Source: an uncultured Eubacteriales bacterium
GTDB taxonomy: Bacteria > Bacillota > Clostridia > TANB77 > CAG-508
Direction of reading: 5' to 3'
Assembly: GCA_902787685.1 (NCBI GenBank)
Contig: CADAHH010000003.1
Coordinates: forward strand, 9,058-73,057
Length of the DNA: 64,000 nucleotides
Shown: positions 22,028-32,332 of the stretch, one piece after another
Position numbering within the stretch: the first letter of the stretch is position 1
Layout: every line of letters begins with the position of its first letter
The notes under the pieces: generated by a model
Databases searched by the model: none
What the model was told of the DNA's origin: nothing
The model's input: the letters and a program-made list of their open reading frames with translations, nothing else
Made by a program: the position numbers and the translations under genes

Positions 22028-23920
22028 CTATACGCCTTCTTTAAAATACATCTCCAATACTATTTTATATGGAATAGCAATTATAAGTATCATTAGAGCC
22101 CATGTTATATATCTAATCACCCAATCTCTATATGTCATTTTTATAAAGCCACCTTCACGTATAGCTTCTTGACAAGCAACAATAGGTCCTATTAAAGATA
22201 AATATACAAGCATCAAATATCTTATAATCATAAACACTAATAAAACACAATTTCCTAATGCTAATATTACATAAAAAGCTGAATATGAAAATTTTTGTTC
22301 AATCATGTCAGTATTGCCTAAATCACTTTTATATCTGAGATATCCTATAACACTAGTACTAAACGAAACATTTTTATCACTTTCAACATTAACTCTAATT
22401 GGAAGCTCATCTATGTCATTGAGTTTCATATTTAAGAAAAATACTTTGCTTAAATAAATACATAATGCCATAACCAAAATAGTGCCGACTAACATGAATA
22501 CTGATTTAATAAATATATTTAAATTATCTTTATGTTTGACTTTTTCTTTTGGTGTTATAGATGCTCTTACAATATTAATTGCATTCCATATTAATGAAAC
22601 TATTAAGAAAGCCGAACACAAATAAATCGTTATATGAAGTATAGCTGATATAAATGCTAAGATTCCTTCTTTATACGTAAAAAAATCCATATCAAGTAAT
22701 TTAAGAGTTCCAGATGCAAAATGATATAAATCAACTCTGATAACAGGTATTTCAGTATCTTTCGAGAGTTCTTCTGTCTTTCCATCTATAGTAGTATAAT
22801 ATGTACTTTCTTTTTTATCTTCGCTTACATTTGTATATTTGTTTCTGACTCCTTTATTACCCTCGGCTTTTAAATCATCGTATTTATATGTAATTTTGAA
22901 ATCTTTCCAAGTTCCATCTGGTATTGTAACAATCAAATGTACCAACATTTGAGGTACATCACCCAACAAAAACTTAAAAAAATCAATTACATCTCCTGCT
23001 AATTGCATAATGCTACTGAATAGAGAATCTAAAATTCCTTTTTTGCTTTTTTTCTTAGTATTAATTAAATCCGGATTTTGATTTAAAAATATAGCGATAC
23101 CTTTGTATACACCTTCTGCTAATTTTTGATAGTTCTCATCTGTAGTATCAAATGCACCATTTGCCATCTCAACAACCATACTAGGAACTCTTGCATAAGA
23201 AATTTGTACTAAATCCATCTCTATAGCTTCTTCATTATTTATAGCAATATCTCCTCGTTGTTTCAGTCCTTCAATAAGAGCTTTACCTAGTTCATTACAT
23301 CTTTCATAATTTGAATTTACAGGTTCCATATTTCTATAATTCTCATTAGTGGGTATCATAGTGTAATATGCACCACTTATACCAGGAGAATCATCAAAGT
23401 GCAATGAAACTTGCAAATCTGCATATTTATTTGCCAAAATAGTTCTTGCTATATTATCTAATTGAACATCATCACTATCTCTTATCATCAATACATTATA
23501 ACCATTGTCAAGTAATAAATCCCTTAATCTTATGGCTACTTCTTTTGTTGCTGTTGCCTCTTCTACTCCATTATTAAAATCCATTCCTGTTGAAACTGCA
23601 GTAGCCATTGTAGCTCCAATTGGTGTAGATCCTCCTGTAACTTTACCAGAACCATCTGGGTGGCTTTGAACCTGTTTATTACTTCCCCCACTAGTTCCGT
23701 GTCCTGCATTTACAGTTACAGTTATATTTTTTTTGTTTGAATTAGTATTTTTATATAGTTTAGCTTTTCCAGACTTAATAGCGCAATATTCTGCGTACTC
23801 ATCATTTTCTTCAACCCCAACCTCTTCATATGTATAAACAGCATAAACTACACTATGGAATATCGCTTGGAAAGATATTATTATTATTAAAACTAGAGTT
23901 AAGATTTTTTTATTTTTCAA
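22028..23920 (-). CDS. N-acetylmuramoyl-L-alanine amidase (Amidase_3) fused to a VirB6-like membrane domain
   Basis: VNAGHG, E(A)TAT, RTILAN, VSLHFD, VVEM zinc-amidase motifs; C-terminal IPVIRVDLY..ELPIRV..SFSTSVIGYLRY..LSLIGP block. Confidence 0.8.
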   Translation of the reverse strand: MKNKKILTLVLIIIISFQAIFHSVVYAVYTYEEVGVEENDEYAEYCAIKSGKAKLYKNTNSNKKNITVTVNAGHGTSGGSNKQVQSHPDGSGKVTGGSTPIGATMATAVSTGMDFNNGVEEATATKEVAIRLRDLLLDNGYNVLMIRDSDDVQLDNIARTILANKYADLQVSLHFDDSPGISGAYYTMIPTNENYRNMEPVNSNYERCNELGKALIEGLKQRGDIAINNEEAIEMDLVQISYARVPSMVVEMANGAFDTTDENYQKLAEGVYKGIAIFLNQNPDLINTKKKSKKGILDSLFSSIMQLAGDVIDFFKFLLGDVPQMLVHLIVTIPDGTWKDFKITYKYDDLKAEGNKGVRNKYTNVSEDKKESTYYTTIDGKTEELSKDTEIPVIRVDLYHFASGTLKLLDMDFFTYKEGILAFISAILHITIYLCSAFLIVSLIWNAINIVRASITPKEKVKHKDNLNIFIKSVFMLVGTILVMALCIYLSKVFFLNMKLNDIDELPIRVNVESDKNVSFSTSVIGYLRYKSDLGNTDMIEQKFSYSAFYVILALGNCVLLVFMIIRYLMLVYLSLIGPIVACQEAIREGGFIKMTYRDWVIRYITWALMILIIAIPYKIVLEMYFKEGV

Positions 23921-23938
23921 TCTATATCCTTCCTTTCT

Positions 23939-25087
23939 TTACAATCGTAATGCTAAACTTATTAATGCAGTTAGAATAAATGGTACCCAGACTACTGTCA
24001 GGAAAATTTTTATCCAACCATTAATAAAAAATAAACCACTTCCTTGATTTTGCCCATTTTGTGTTGTATTTGTCATTGTTGTAACAGCTGTTACTGGTGC
24101 AATCACAATTAATCCTCCAACTATTATCATTCTAAAAAACATAAATACAAACCAAAATAGATTAATAAATGCACAGCCTAAATATACTAAACTCCACATA
24201 TATTCATCTAATATATTAGTAGATAATGTATTATATCTAACTGCACTAATAATGTTTGTATTAAAAGAATATACATCTTTTACATTATATCTTATAGGGA
24301 AATATGTAGTAACTCCATTTGTAATTAATTTATTTGCCAAAGTATATAGATTAACCATTAGTGTACTAAATAAATATACTCCTACTAAAATTAGTACAGC
24401 TGTAAAATAGTTATCAATAATTTTTTTTGAATTTTTTGCAGTTTCTGTATTATCACCATATATAGATGTAACAAGTAATATGCTTCTCCAAATAAGCATA
24501 ATTATTAATAAGGCTGCACATACATAAAGAATAATATGGCTTAAAGTATTAATAAAATTTCTATATAAATCGCCGAAATTCTTATTTTCCTTTTCTGAAA
24601 CACCTAAAAAATCTATATTAAATAGCCTAGGATTTGATGCTGTCATTGTATATGCATCAATTGGTATTGCCGGAATACTAGTGCCTGCATTAAATATTTC
24701 TTCACTTACTCCACTTTTATTCTCTTTTGTATTTGAAACATCTTCTTTTGCAAATGTATTTGTTTTTTTTGTAGAATCTGCTTTGTCAACTTGTATATCA
24801 TTATGAAAATAATTATTTAATGACTCAAATTCTTGCCTTGAGTATAATAGTACATTTGCTTCATCCTCATCTATATTTGTACATGCTTGATCTAGTGTTT
24901 TTTGTATTGTATCTCCTAATGGAAGATTAATATATTTTGCAAATAAATCAAGAATGAACTCTACAAATCCAATATTATCTTGTCCATTTGATGAATTATC
25001 TGCAAAAACAATTTTGTTAGAAATTGAAGTTGTATCAATGATGAAAATAATTAAAACTGTAATTAAAATTTTTATTATTTTACTCAT
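23939..25087 (-). CDS. VirB6/TrbL-like polytopic membrane protein (minimal paralogue)
   Basis: Directly downstream of virB4; IPAIPIDAY, FNIDF, FPIRY, SFNTN and RMIIVGGLIVIAP motifs; ATG at 25087 behind AAGGAAG. Confidence 0.65.
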   Translation of the reverse strand: MSKIIKILITVLIIFIIDTTSISNKIVFADNSSNGQDNIGFVEFILDLFAKYINLPLGDTIQKTLDQACTNIDEDEANVLLYSRQEFESLNNYFHNDIQVDKADSTKKTNTFAKEDVSNTKENKSGVSEEIFNAGTSIPAIPIDAYTMTASNPRLFNIDFLGVSEKENKNFGDLYRNFINTLSHIILYVCAALLIIMLIWRSILLVTSIYGDNTETAKNSKKIIDNYFTAVLILVGVYLFSTLMVNLYTLANKLITNGVTTYFPIRYNVKDVYSFNTNIISAVRYNTLSTNILDEYMWSLVYLGCAFINLFWFVFMFFRMIIVGGLIVIAPVTAVTTMTNTTQNGQNQGSGLFFINGWIKIFLTVVWVPFILTALISLALRL

Positions 25088-25127
25088 TTTCCACTTCCTT
25101 TCTAACAAATATTAATAATCTATCGTA

Positions 25128-27077
25128 TTATAATTTTCGAGCATTCTGAGCCATTTTATTTAAGTTTGTTTCAACAAATTGGAATTCTTTTTCTGTAGGA
25201 GTTATCTGAAGTATTGCAGTTTCACTTCCAACTTTTAGTAATCCTTCACCCCTAGTGCAAGTAACTAAGTATGAAGCCTCTCCCGAACTTAATTTAAAAA
25301 CTTCTTGTAATAATGAAATCTCTGATTTATCCTGTGCTAAAAACAATTTTGTATCAGATGATGTTAGAACTGCTTGTGCTTCTGGTTTTTCATAAAAATC
25401 TTGGAATCTTTGTGAAATGATTGCAAGAGAAACATTTCTTTTTCTAGCACGTCTTGCCATTTTATTTAAGAAATCAACAGCCTCTGGGAATGGAAGTAAC
25501 ATCCAAGCCTCATCAACAATAACTCTTTTTTGTCTTGCTTTTTTCCTATCCTCACTATTCTTCTTAACAAATTTTTCCCAAATCCAAGAAAGAAGTATTT
25601 GTTGTGCAAGAGGTCTTGCAAATCTTTCTTCAAGTTGTGAAATATCTATATTTATAAATGGTGATCCATCTAAAAGCTCAAAAGAAGATTGTCCATCAAA
25701 ATACGCCATTTGTCCGCCAAATGCCCTAATATACTGTTTCATAACTTTTAATAGATAACTATAGTGATATCTGTAATCCTCATTTGTGTTTTTTTCAGAT
25801 AACATTTCAAGTCTATTATACCAAGAACCTATAGTTGGCATTTCTTTCTTTTTCTTACCAAATGATCCAACTTTTCTTTCATTTTCATAAATACTTAATG
25901 GATCTGATGTAATACCACGTGCTGCATATTCTGCTGCTACAGATTCAGAAATTATTTGTTTTGTAATTTCATTTACTTGTTCTGTTTTGGTACTACCTTT
26001 TGCCATTGTCATTAATGCTTGTGTAACGTCTTCAATTTTGTTTTCAATATTTAATGTTTCAATTTCACGTCCTGTAATCGCATCTTTTGCTCTTTCAATC
26101 TCCACATCAAAAACATTAATAATTGTATTTGATGTTGGACTAACAATAATATTAATTCCGCCTAAAGCTTCTGCAACGGCATAATACTCTCCTTCAGCAT
26201 CTAATGCTAAACTCTCTATACCCATTAAAACTGATGATCTTGAAATTAATGTTTTCATTGTAACTGATTTTCCAGCACCAGATTTTGCAAATATAACCAT
26301 ATTATAATTTGTAAGTGAAGGATGAAAGTTATCAAATAGGATTGGCTCACCTGTTTGCTTATTTATTCCTAATGGAACACCAGTTGGATGTCCAACTTCA
26401 GAAGTTAAAAATGGAAATATAGTTCCCATCGATGGCCTATCAAACATTTGTTTTTTGTCTACCGTATTTTCCATAAGTGGTAAACACGATTTAAACGCAT
26501 CCTCTTGCATCGCCCATGCACTTTTTATACTAACTAATGATTTAGACATCTCATTTGAAAGCAGTTTGGTTAATCTGTCTAAATCCTGTAAACTATAAGC
26601 AAATAATGTTGAAACAATAGTTGCTTCATATAATTTATTAAAACCTGCAGCAATCTGATCTCTTAGCAATTCAGTTTCATATCTTTTTTGAGAAATATCA
26701 CTTTCTCTGTTTATATTTCCTTTTTCACTAGCCATTATTCTTTCTGTTTCTAGTTCAACAATTGTTTTGTTTAAGTCTTTTTGTGAAGATTCTTCTGAAA
26801 CAGGGTAGATATAAATAGATGTATTAATATCTCCAAACATATATAAACTTCTAAATAATTCTGGAAATATACAAGATCTTGGTAGCCCTGATACAAAAAA
26901 GCTTCTGGCATATCTAGTAACATTTGATACAATTTCCATGTAATCAAGTCTAGATGCATCTATTCCAGCTGGTGCTATTATTTCTTTAATTGATTTTTTA
27001 TGCAAAACTTTATATTCATCTTCTTTATTGATTTTTTCTTGGTCTACCTTTTGTGGCTTTTTTCTCAATATTGACAT
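25128..27077 (-). CDS. virB4: VirB4-like type IV secretion ATPase
   Basis: NYNMVIFAKSGAGKS (Walker A), LDAEGEY, VIVDEAW (Walker B), RRARKR, SQRFQDF and RGEGLL. Confidence 0.88.
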   Translation of the reverse strand: MSILRKKPQKVDQEKINKEDEYKVLHKKSIKEIIAPAGIDASRLDYMEIVSNVTRYARSFFVSGLPRSCIFPELFRSLYMFGDINTSIYIYPVSEESSQKDLNKTIVELETERIMASEKGNINRESDISQKRYETELLRDQIAAGFNKLYEATIVSTLFAYSLQDLDRLTKLLSNEMSKSLVSIKSAWAMQEDAFKSCLPLMENTVDKKQMFDRPSMGTIFPFLTSEVGHPTGVPLGINKQTGEPILFDNFHPSLTNYNMVIFAKSGAGKSVTMKTLISRSSVLMGIESLALDAEGEYYAVAEALGGINIIVSPTSNTIINVFDVEIERAKDAITGREIETLNIENKIEDVTQALMTMAKGSTKTEQVNEITKQIISESVAAEYAARGITSDPLSIYENERKVGSFGKKKKEMPTIGSWYNRLEMLSEKNTNEDYRYHYSYLLKVMKQYIRAFGGQMAYFDGQSSFELLDGSPFINIDISQLEERFARPLAQQILLSWIWEKFVKKNSEDRKKARQKRVIVDEAWMLLPFPEAVDFLNKMARRARKRNVSLAIISQRFQDFYEKPEAQAVLTSSDTKLFLAQDKSEISLLQEVFKLSSGEASYLVTCTRGEGLLKVGSETAILQITPTEKEFQFVETNLNKMAQNARKL

Positions 27078-28254
27078 CTACTGTTTCCTCCTTAATTAAT
27101 TTATTTTCTGTTGTTTTGTTGTTTGGTTTATCATTTAATTTTTCTATAGCTTTATTTGCTATTTCCGATCCTATGTATTTTGAATGTTTTTTTATTAATT
27201 CCTTTGCTTTTTTTTCAACTAATTTTTTTTCATTTTTAACTTTATCTTCATAAATAATATCTTTTTCACTACGAGCTTCAGTTATTTTTTTATTTGCTAA
27301 TTCTATAGCTTTTTCTTCTATTTGCTTATCTAATAATTTTAATTTCTTATCCATAACATCAGGAGCAGTTGAATATAATTCTTCAAATCCTGCTTGCCTT
27401 ATTTTATCCATCCAGAATATGTCGGCCTCATCTCTATTGTACGCAATATATAATAATTCAACCAATTCTTCAGAATTCAAAACTCTTCCCATAACTTGAC
27501 AAGAGAATAATGAATTGATTATACTTCTTGCTCTAGTATATAATTCTGAAAATGCCATGTTTTCAAGTTCAGTTTTATCAAAATCTCCAGCTACCATTTC
27601 AGATCTATAACAAGGTATTATTACATAATATCTTTTACTTAAAATACTTTGATTTAAACTTTGTCTTTCAATATCTTTAATAATATCCTCAGTATAGTCT
27701 TTTAAATTCTTTTGTTTAACTAACTCGTATTTTAGTTTATCAATTTCATCTTTAGTTGACTGTTTATTTTTCAAACAATTTTCATACTCAATTTGAGCAG
27801 TAGTGTATCTTTTATCTATTTCATTTAGTCTCTTTTTATATCCATCAATACTTCTCTCCAGATTTATAGTTCTGGTTTGTATATATAACTGAATTGTATA
27901 TCTTAATGTATTCAAAAATGCAATGAACCCTTGTTCAACAGCTGCTTTTTCAACTTCAGACATTAAATCATAATTAATTCCTTGACATTCAACAACCATT
28001 AGATATTTACCATTTTTTTGTATAATCATATTGTCTTCTATTTTCTCAAAATCCATAAAATCTATAATTGATTCAGGTGTATATACAGTTGATGTTTTTT
28101 TTACTTGTTTATCTAAATTTTCTTTATTTTTTCGTCTTTCCTCTTCTTTTTTTTCTTTGAAACTAATTACAAATAATGCTCCAAAAAGTCCTAGAATTAA
28201 TAAGATTACCAATCCTGCTAGTAGTGTAATAATTTTAACCATATTATCGTTCAT
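27025..28254 (-). CDS. VirB4-associated membrane protein (paralogue of 54984..55538)
   Basis: N-terminal TM helix; GINYDLMSEVEK..FLNTL..IQLYIQTR..YYVII core of the kind found just upstream of Gram-positive VirB4 genes. Confidence 0.65.
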   Translation of the reverse strand: MNDNMVKIITLLAGLVILLILGLFGALFVISFKEKKEEERRKNKENLDKQVKKTSTVYTPESIIDFMDFEKIEDNMIIQKNGKYLMVVECQGINYDLMSEVEKAAVEQGFIAFLNTLRYTIQLYIQTRTINLERSIDGYKKRLNEIDKRYTTAQIEYENCLKNKQSTKDEIDKLKYELVKQKNLKDYTEDIIKDIERQSLNQSILSKRYYVIIPCYRSEMVAGDFDKTELENMAFSELYTRARSIINSLFSCQVMGRVLNSEELVELLYIAYNRDEADIFWMDKIRQAGFEELYSTAPDVMDKKLKLLDKQIEEKAIELANKKITEARSEKDIIYEDKVKNEKKLVEKKAKELIKKHSKYIGSEIANKAIEKLNDKPNNKTTENKLIKEETVDVNIEKKATKGRPRKNQ

Positions 28255-28624
28255 TCTTTTTCTCCTCCGTAAAAAAAGTATATATTTTGTTTCTTCTCAT
28301 TTTAAATTTTATAAATCTTAGAATAATTTGATCTATATATTCTCCACCAGCTTTTCTAGTTATTTCAAAATTATTTGAATCTGGTATTTTAAAAGATGAA
28401 ATCGCAAAACCAATAACCCCAAAAATAACTGCCCCAATAAGACAAACTAGGGCTGAACTTGTTCTTATTCTTGCAAGCAATAAAAATGCATATACAACCA
28501 ATGCAAACATTATTCCTATAATCCCAAAAATAATAGTAACAATAAGTGCTTTTGTTGAAAAAATATAGAAAAATCTTCCTTCTCCTTTTGTATTTCTCGG
28601 TATATTATATGGTCCCCCTGCCAT
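28244..28624 (-). CDS. PrgI/VirB3-like small membrane protein
   Basis: YNIPRNTKGEGR N-terminal motif, two TM helices and a basic tail; upstream of the virB4 module; ATG at 28624 behind AAGGAAGG. Confidence 0.7.
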   Translation of the reverse strand: MAGGPYNIPRNTKGEGRFFYIFSTKALIVTIIFGIIGIMFALVVYAFLLLARIRTSSALVCLIGAVIFGVIGFAISSFKIPDSNNFEITRKAGGEYIDQIILRFIKFKMRRNKIYTFFTEEKKNER

Positions 28625-28685
28625 AGTCACACCTTCCTTTCGAATATAATTATACTCTTTTATTATAACATAAATAAACACAAAA

Positions 28686-28728
28686 AAAAATACAATTTTT
28701 GATATTTTTTAACAAAAATTGTATTTTT
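28686..28728 (-). terminator. AT-rich hairpin between the pilin genes and prgI
   Basis: AAAAATACAATTTTTG ... CAAAAATTGTATTTTT perfect 16-bp inverted repeat. Confidence 0.55.
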
Positions 28729-28776
28729 AATAATTCTGTAATAATATTGTAATACTAATGTAATACTAGTCCATTT

Positions 28777-29151
28777 TTATTGAGCCTTAAACATTCCTAA
28801 GAAGAATTTAGCAATAGATGCTGCAAAAAATACTAGTATAATACCAATAACGATAGGTAACATATTCTTTTTTAGTTCACCTTTTACTTCTGGAGTTTCA
28901 ACTATATACCTAAAACCTGTGATAGCAATCATTACAACAGCTGTAATACCTGATAAAATTTGTAAGAATGTAAGAATTGTATCACCTAGGTTAGTAAATG
29001 TTGTAACACTATTTGCGTCAACATTTCCATTGCCTGTCATATTGCCAATTACTTGCCCCACATCATAAGCATTTGTTGGTTTTACTAGCATTGTTGAAGA
29101 AACACATATTACAACTAATAAAACAATTAACATTTTTCTCATTATTTTCAT
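28777..29151 (-). CDS. TrbC/VirB2-like pilin
   Basis: Signal peptide plus two hydrophobic helices separated by GFRYI..P..K..K, then PIVIGIILVFFA. Confidence 0.75.
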   Translation of the reverse strand: MKIMRKMLIVLLVVICVSSTMLVKPTNAYDVGQVIGNMTGNGNVDANSVTTFTNLGDTILTFLQILSGITAVVMIAITGFRYIVETPEVKGELKKNMLPIVIGIILVFFAASIAKFFLGMFKAQ

Positions 29152-29208
29152 AATAATTCCTCCTTTATATATTATATATTATATATTATTAAAAATTTAA
29201 AAACTATA

Positions 29209-29778
29209 TTAAAAATTTTGAATAATCACCTTTACAATAGACATTACAATTTTCCAAATAGCAAATGCACCAAATCCATAGAACATACCTGTAAATACTA
29301 AATGTAAATCTTTTTTTGCCTGATCCTTTGCAGAGGGTTTATACGCAGACATTATATATCTGACACCAACTATTGAAAGCGATATAATTGATAATCCAGC
29401 TAAAAGTATAGTTAGAACTCTATTGACTGCCCTGACAATATCTGTAAAAATAATCATCCATGGTTCTAATACTCCAATTTCATCAACTACTTCAGAATCT
29501 GTGAAAAAGTTTTTGGTAGCTTTAAATGCTTCACTCACCCACGAAGACTCATCAACTTCAGTACTACTCCCTTTTGTTGATTTTTTTCCAGTGCCACTAG
29601 TGCTATTTGTAGAATTACTTTTGTTGCTTTTTGTAGAAGTATTTGTCGGTGTATAAAAAGTTCCTTGATCTCGATCTTCACCATATAATTTTTTTCCGCA
29701 ATAGCTTTGATTAGGTATAGCGATTATCATCAAAAATACAATTAAAATACAACATATATTTATTATTCTACTTTTCAT
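29209..29778 (-). CDS. TrbC/VirB2-like pilin with S/T/K-rich N-terminal extension
   Basis: GVRYIMS..PSAKDQAKK..VFTGMFYGFGA pilin-like core. Confidence 0.65.
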   Translation of the reverse strand: MKSRIINICCILIVFLMIIAIPNQSYCGKKLYGEDRDQGTFYTPTNTSTKSNKSNSTNSTSGTGKKSTKGSSTEVDESSWVSEAFKATKNFFTDSEVVDEIGVLEPWMIIFTDIVRAVNRVLTILLAGLSIISLSIVGVRYIMSAYKPSAKDQAKKDLHLVFTGMFYGFGAFAIWKIVMSIVKVIIQNF

Positions 29779-29791
29779 TTTTATCACCTGC

Positions 29792-30403
29792 TTAAAATTG
29801 TGCAAAAACATTAAATACTATTCTAACAATTGTTGTACTAAGCATAAGGAATATTGAACCAATTGTTACTCTTCTTATTATTTTTTGAACAGCTTTTCTG
29901 TTTAAAGGTTGCGCTACTCCTTTCAATGTTGCACCATATTCGTTAACTGTATTTCCTAAACCTAAATTTAAATCTTCTGCAAGCCCATCTGATGTAGCGA
30001 TAATACCATTTAGTCCTGCTGCCGCAAGAGATAAAACAAACACAACTGCTCCTATTATTTGTATTATTGAAATAACATTATTTACAATAGGTACTATAAC
30101 ATTAATAAAAGGTTCTGAGAGGTCATTAAATCCATCCTTTTTAGGATTAAATGAGTCAATAAAATCATCTGATGTGATGTCAGTTTTTAATGTTGATTTT
30201 GTATTTTCTTTCTTAGTATCTTTTTTCTTAGAATTATTGTCAGCAATCCCCTTAATTAAAATGCTTGGAGAATTTAAGCCTGTACTATCATTAACTTCAG
30301 ATGTATATAAAAATGAAGCTTGAGATTGATATGATACAAAACAAATCATATTAATAATGAATAAACATAAAACTATTCTTGATAATACTATTATATTTTT
30401 CAT
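29792..30403 (-). CDS. divergent TrbC/VirB2-like pilin with an insertion between the two helices
   Basis: Signal peptide; IIQIIGAVVFVLSLAAAG ... RVTIGSIFLMLS. Confidence 0.55.
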   Translation of the reverse strand: MKNIIVLSRIVLCLFIINMICFVSYQSQASFLYTSEVNDSTGLNSPSILIKGIADNNSKKKDTKKENTKSTLKTDITSDDFIDSFNPKKDGFNDLSEPFINVIVPIVNNVISIIQIIGAVVFVLSLAAAGLNGIIATSDGLAEDLNLGLGNTVNEYGATLKGVAQPLNRKAVQKIIRRVTIGSIFLMLSTTIVRIVFNVFAQF

Positions 30404-30447
30404 ATCAATCATCTCCATTTCTATTTAATTTTAGAGACATTATACTT

Positions 30448-30476
30448 ATTATAAATATAATGTTGTTTTTTGTCAA
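30448..30476 (-). promoter_or_regulatory. consensus sigma-A promoter heading the pilin/T4SS-like cluster
   Basis: TTGACA-17 bp-TATAAT on the minus strand. Confidence 0.75.
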
Positions 30477-30522
30477 TGGTTTTTTTTAATTTGTTTATAT
30501 ATACATTTCAGTATTAAATAAA

Positions 30523-32250
30523 TTAAGCAGCAGTAAGTTCATCATCATTAGTTTCTTCTGCAACTTGTCCTGCAACTGGCCCTAAATTTTGTTGTGCAGT
30601 AGCTTGAGCGTCAGCTTTAGATTTTGCTTTTTGTAATTTATTTAATTCTTGTCTATAAACATCTAATAAACTTCCTTTTGGATAGCTTTCTGTTTGTTTA
30701 AAATACTCTTCAGCACATTTTTTATAAACTATACTGTCTCCTTTTTCCACTATCTCTGGCAAATTGTCACTCATTGCTAATACGAGTTTTTTGATTCTAT
30801 CAGGTTGACTTTCCATATTATTTTCGATATCTGCTATTTCTTTTTCACTTAAATATTTAACAAATTCTCCTGATACTATAGCTCCTATAAAAACAGTGTA
30901 ATCATCATTAGAAATAAAATTTCCATCAGCTCTTAATTTATTAGCAACTGCGGTAAAAGCATCATTGTTTAATCCATCTGGTTTAAATGCAGAATAGAAT
31001 TTTCCTCGTTGTCCTTTATCTTTATCAGAAATTGATGCTCTTATTTTATCTGCATCAATCAAAGGTGATTTTACATCATCTTCAACTTCAGCTTCATCTG
31101 CTTCAACTATTTCTTCATCTGCTTTAGCTATTTCTTCTTCATCTACATTAGTATGTTCTTCTGAATCATCATCTCTATTTACAACATTTTCAGGATTAGC
31201 CTGTCTTCTTTCTCTTCTTTCTCTCGTTTTTCTAGGTTCAGGTCTTCTTCTAGTAGAAGCATTTGTTTGTTCTTCCACACCTGATTCAAATGTTTTTCGT
31301 AAATCTGCTATTCTTTCTAAGAGTGTATTTCTATCAATACTAGTTGTCTGATATAACATTAAATTTTTTCTTAATTGTTTTAATCCTGCAAAAAACTCTT
31401 TTGTAGTTACTCCAGCAAATGGTTCAGTGGCTCCATTTAGCAAATTGTTTTTTCCTCGTTCAATATTTGCAAATAATTGCTCCGGTATTCCAGCATTTGA
31501 AGCCATTGCTTTCATTTCTTCTTGATATTCTTTATAATATTTTAGACACTCTATGTTGTTTTTATTTTTTTCGTATTTTGCTTTAATTGCACTTTTTATT
31601 ATAGCAAAATCATTTTCAGCTGCTAGTTCTTTCTTTCCTTTTTCTTCAATCTCTCTTAACATTTCCTTTTTTGCTGCTTTTAATGGTGGTATAGCTCTTT
31701 TGTCATCTTTTATTTGTCTTTCAAGAGAATAGTATGCTAGAATATCCTGAGACTTAAACAAATTTCCTATTTTTCTAAAGTCAGCCACTCCTGAAATTGC
31801 TCCTATTGAAGATAATATAGGAACACCAATTTGCGCTGCCATCATCAGTAAAGCAGGCGCACCCGCAAGAAAAGGTAAGAAAGGTAATGCTACAGATGCT
31901 CCTATACCTAATGCAATTGGTGCTATTCTAGATATAATAGCTCCTGGCATTCCAAGTAAAAAAGGATGTTTTGATTTTAATTCTGCCTGTTTTCCTTTAC
32001 ACTCTTTTATATCTTTATTATACTTCTCAATTTCTGAGTCTTTTTTTCTAAAATTCTTTTCTAACTCAATCAATTCATCTGTAATTCTTGTTTTTCTATC
32101 TTGATATTCTCCTAAAAGTTCAGTCGGTGTGGCATCATGTAATTGATATCCAACATCAGTCAATTTACTAGCCATTGCCTCAATTTCGATTAATTCTTTA
32201 GTATCTCTTCTATTTTTTAAATAATCTTTTATATTACCAATTAATCCCAT
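30523..32250 (-). CDS. hypothetical coiled-coil protein with an internal hydrophobic hairpin
   Basis: Long ORF, RBS GAGGTG, own TTGACA-17-TAAAAT promoter at 32270-32298. Confidence 0.75.
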   Translation of the reverse strand: MGLIGNIKDYLKNRRDTKELIEIEAMASKLTDVGYQLHDATPTELLGEYQDRKTRITDELIELEKNFRKKDSEIEKYNKDIKECKGKQAELKSKHPFLLGMPGAIISRIAPIALGIGASVALPFLPFLAGAPALLMMAAQIGVPILSSIGAISGVADFRKIGNLFKSQDILAYYSLERQIKDDKRAIPPLKAAKKEMLREIEEKGKKELAAENDFAIIKSAIKAKYEKNKNNIECLKYYKEYQEEMKAMASNAGIPEQLFANIERGKNNLLNGATEPFAGVTTKEFFAGLKQLRKNLMLYQTTSIDRNTLLERIADLRKTFESGVEEQTNASTRRRPEPRKTRERRERRQANPENVVNRDDDSEEHTNVDEEEIAKADEEIVEADEAEVEDDVKSPLIDADKIRASISDKDKGQRGKFYSAFKPDGLNNDAFTAVANKLRADGNFISNDDYTVFIGAIVSGEFVKYLSEKEIADIENNMESQPDRIKKLVLAMSDNLPEIVEKGDSIVYKKCAEEYFKQTESYPKGSLLDVYRQELNKLQKAKSKADAQATAQQNLGPVAGQVAEETNDDELTAA

Positions 32251-32332
32251 TTTTATCACCTCAACTTATATTTTACACTAAAATACACACTTTGTCAATT
32301 TTTTCTTATTTTTTCAACAATAGTGAACATAA

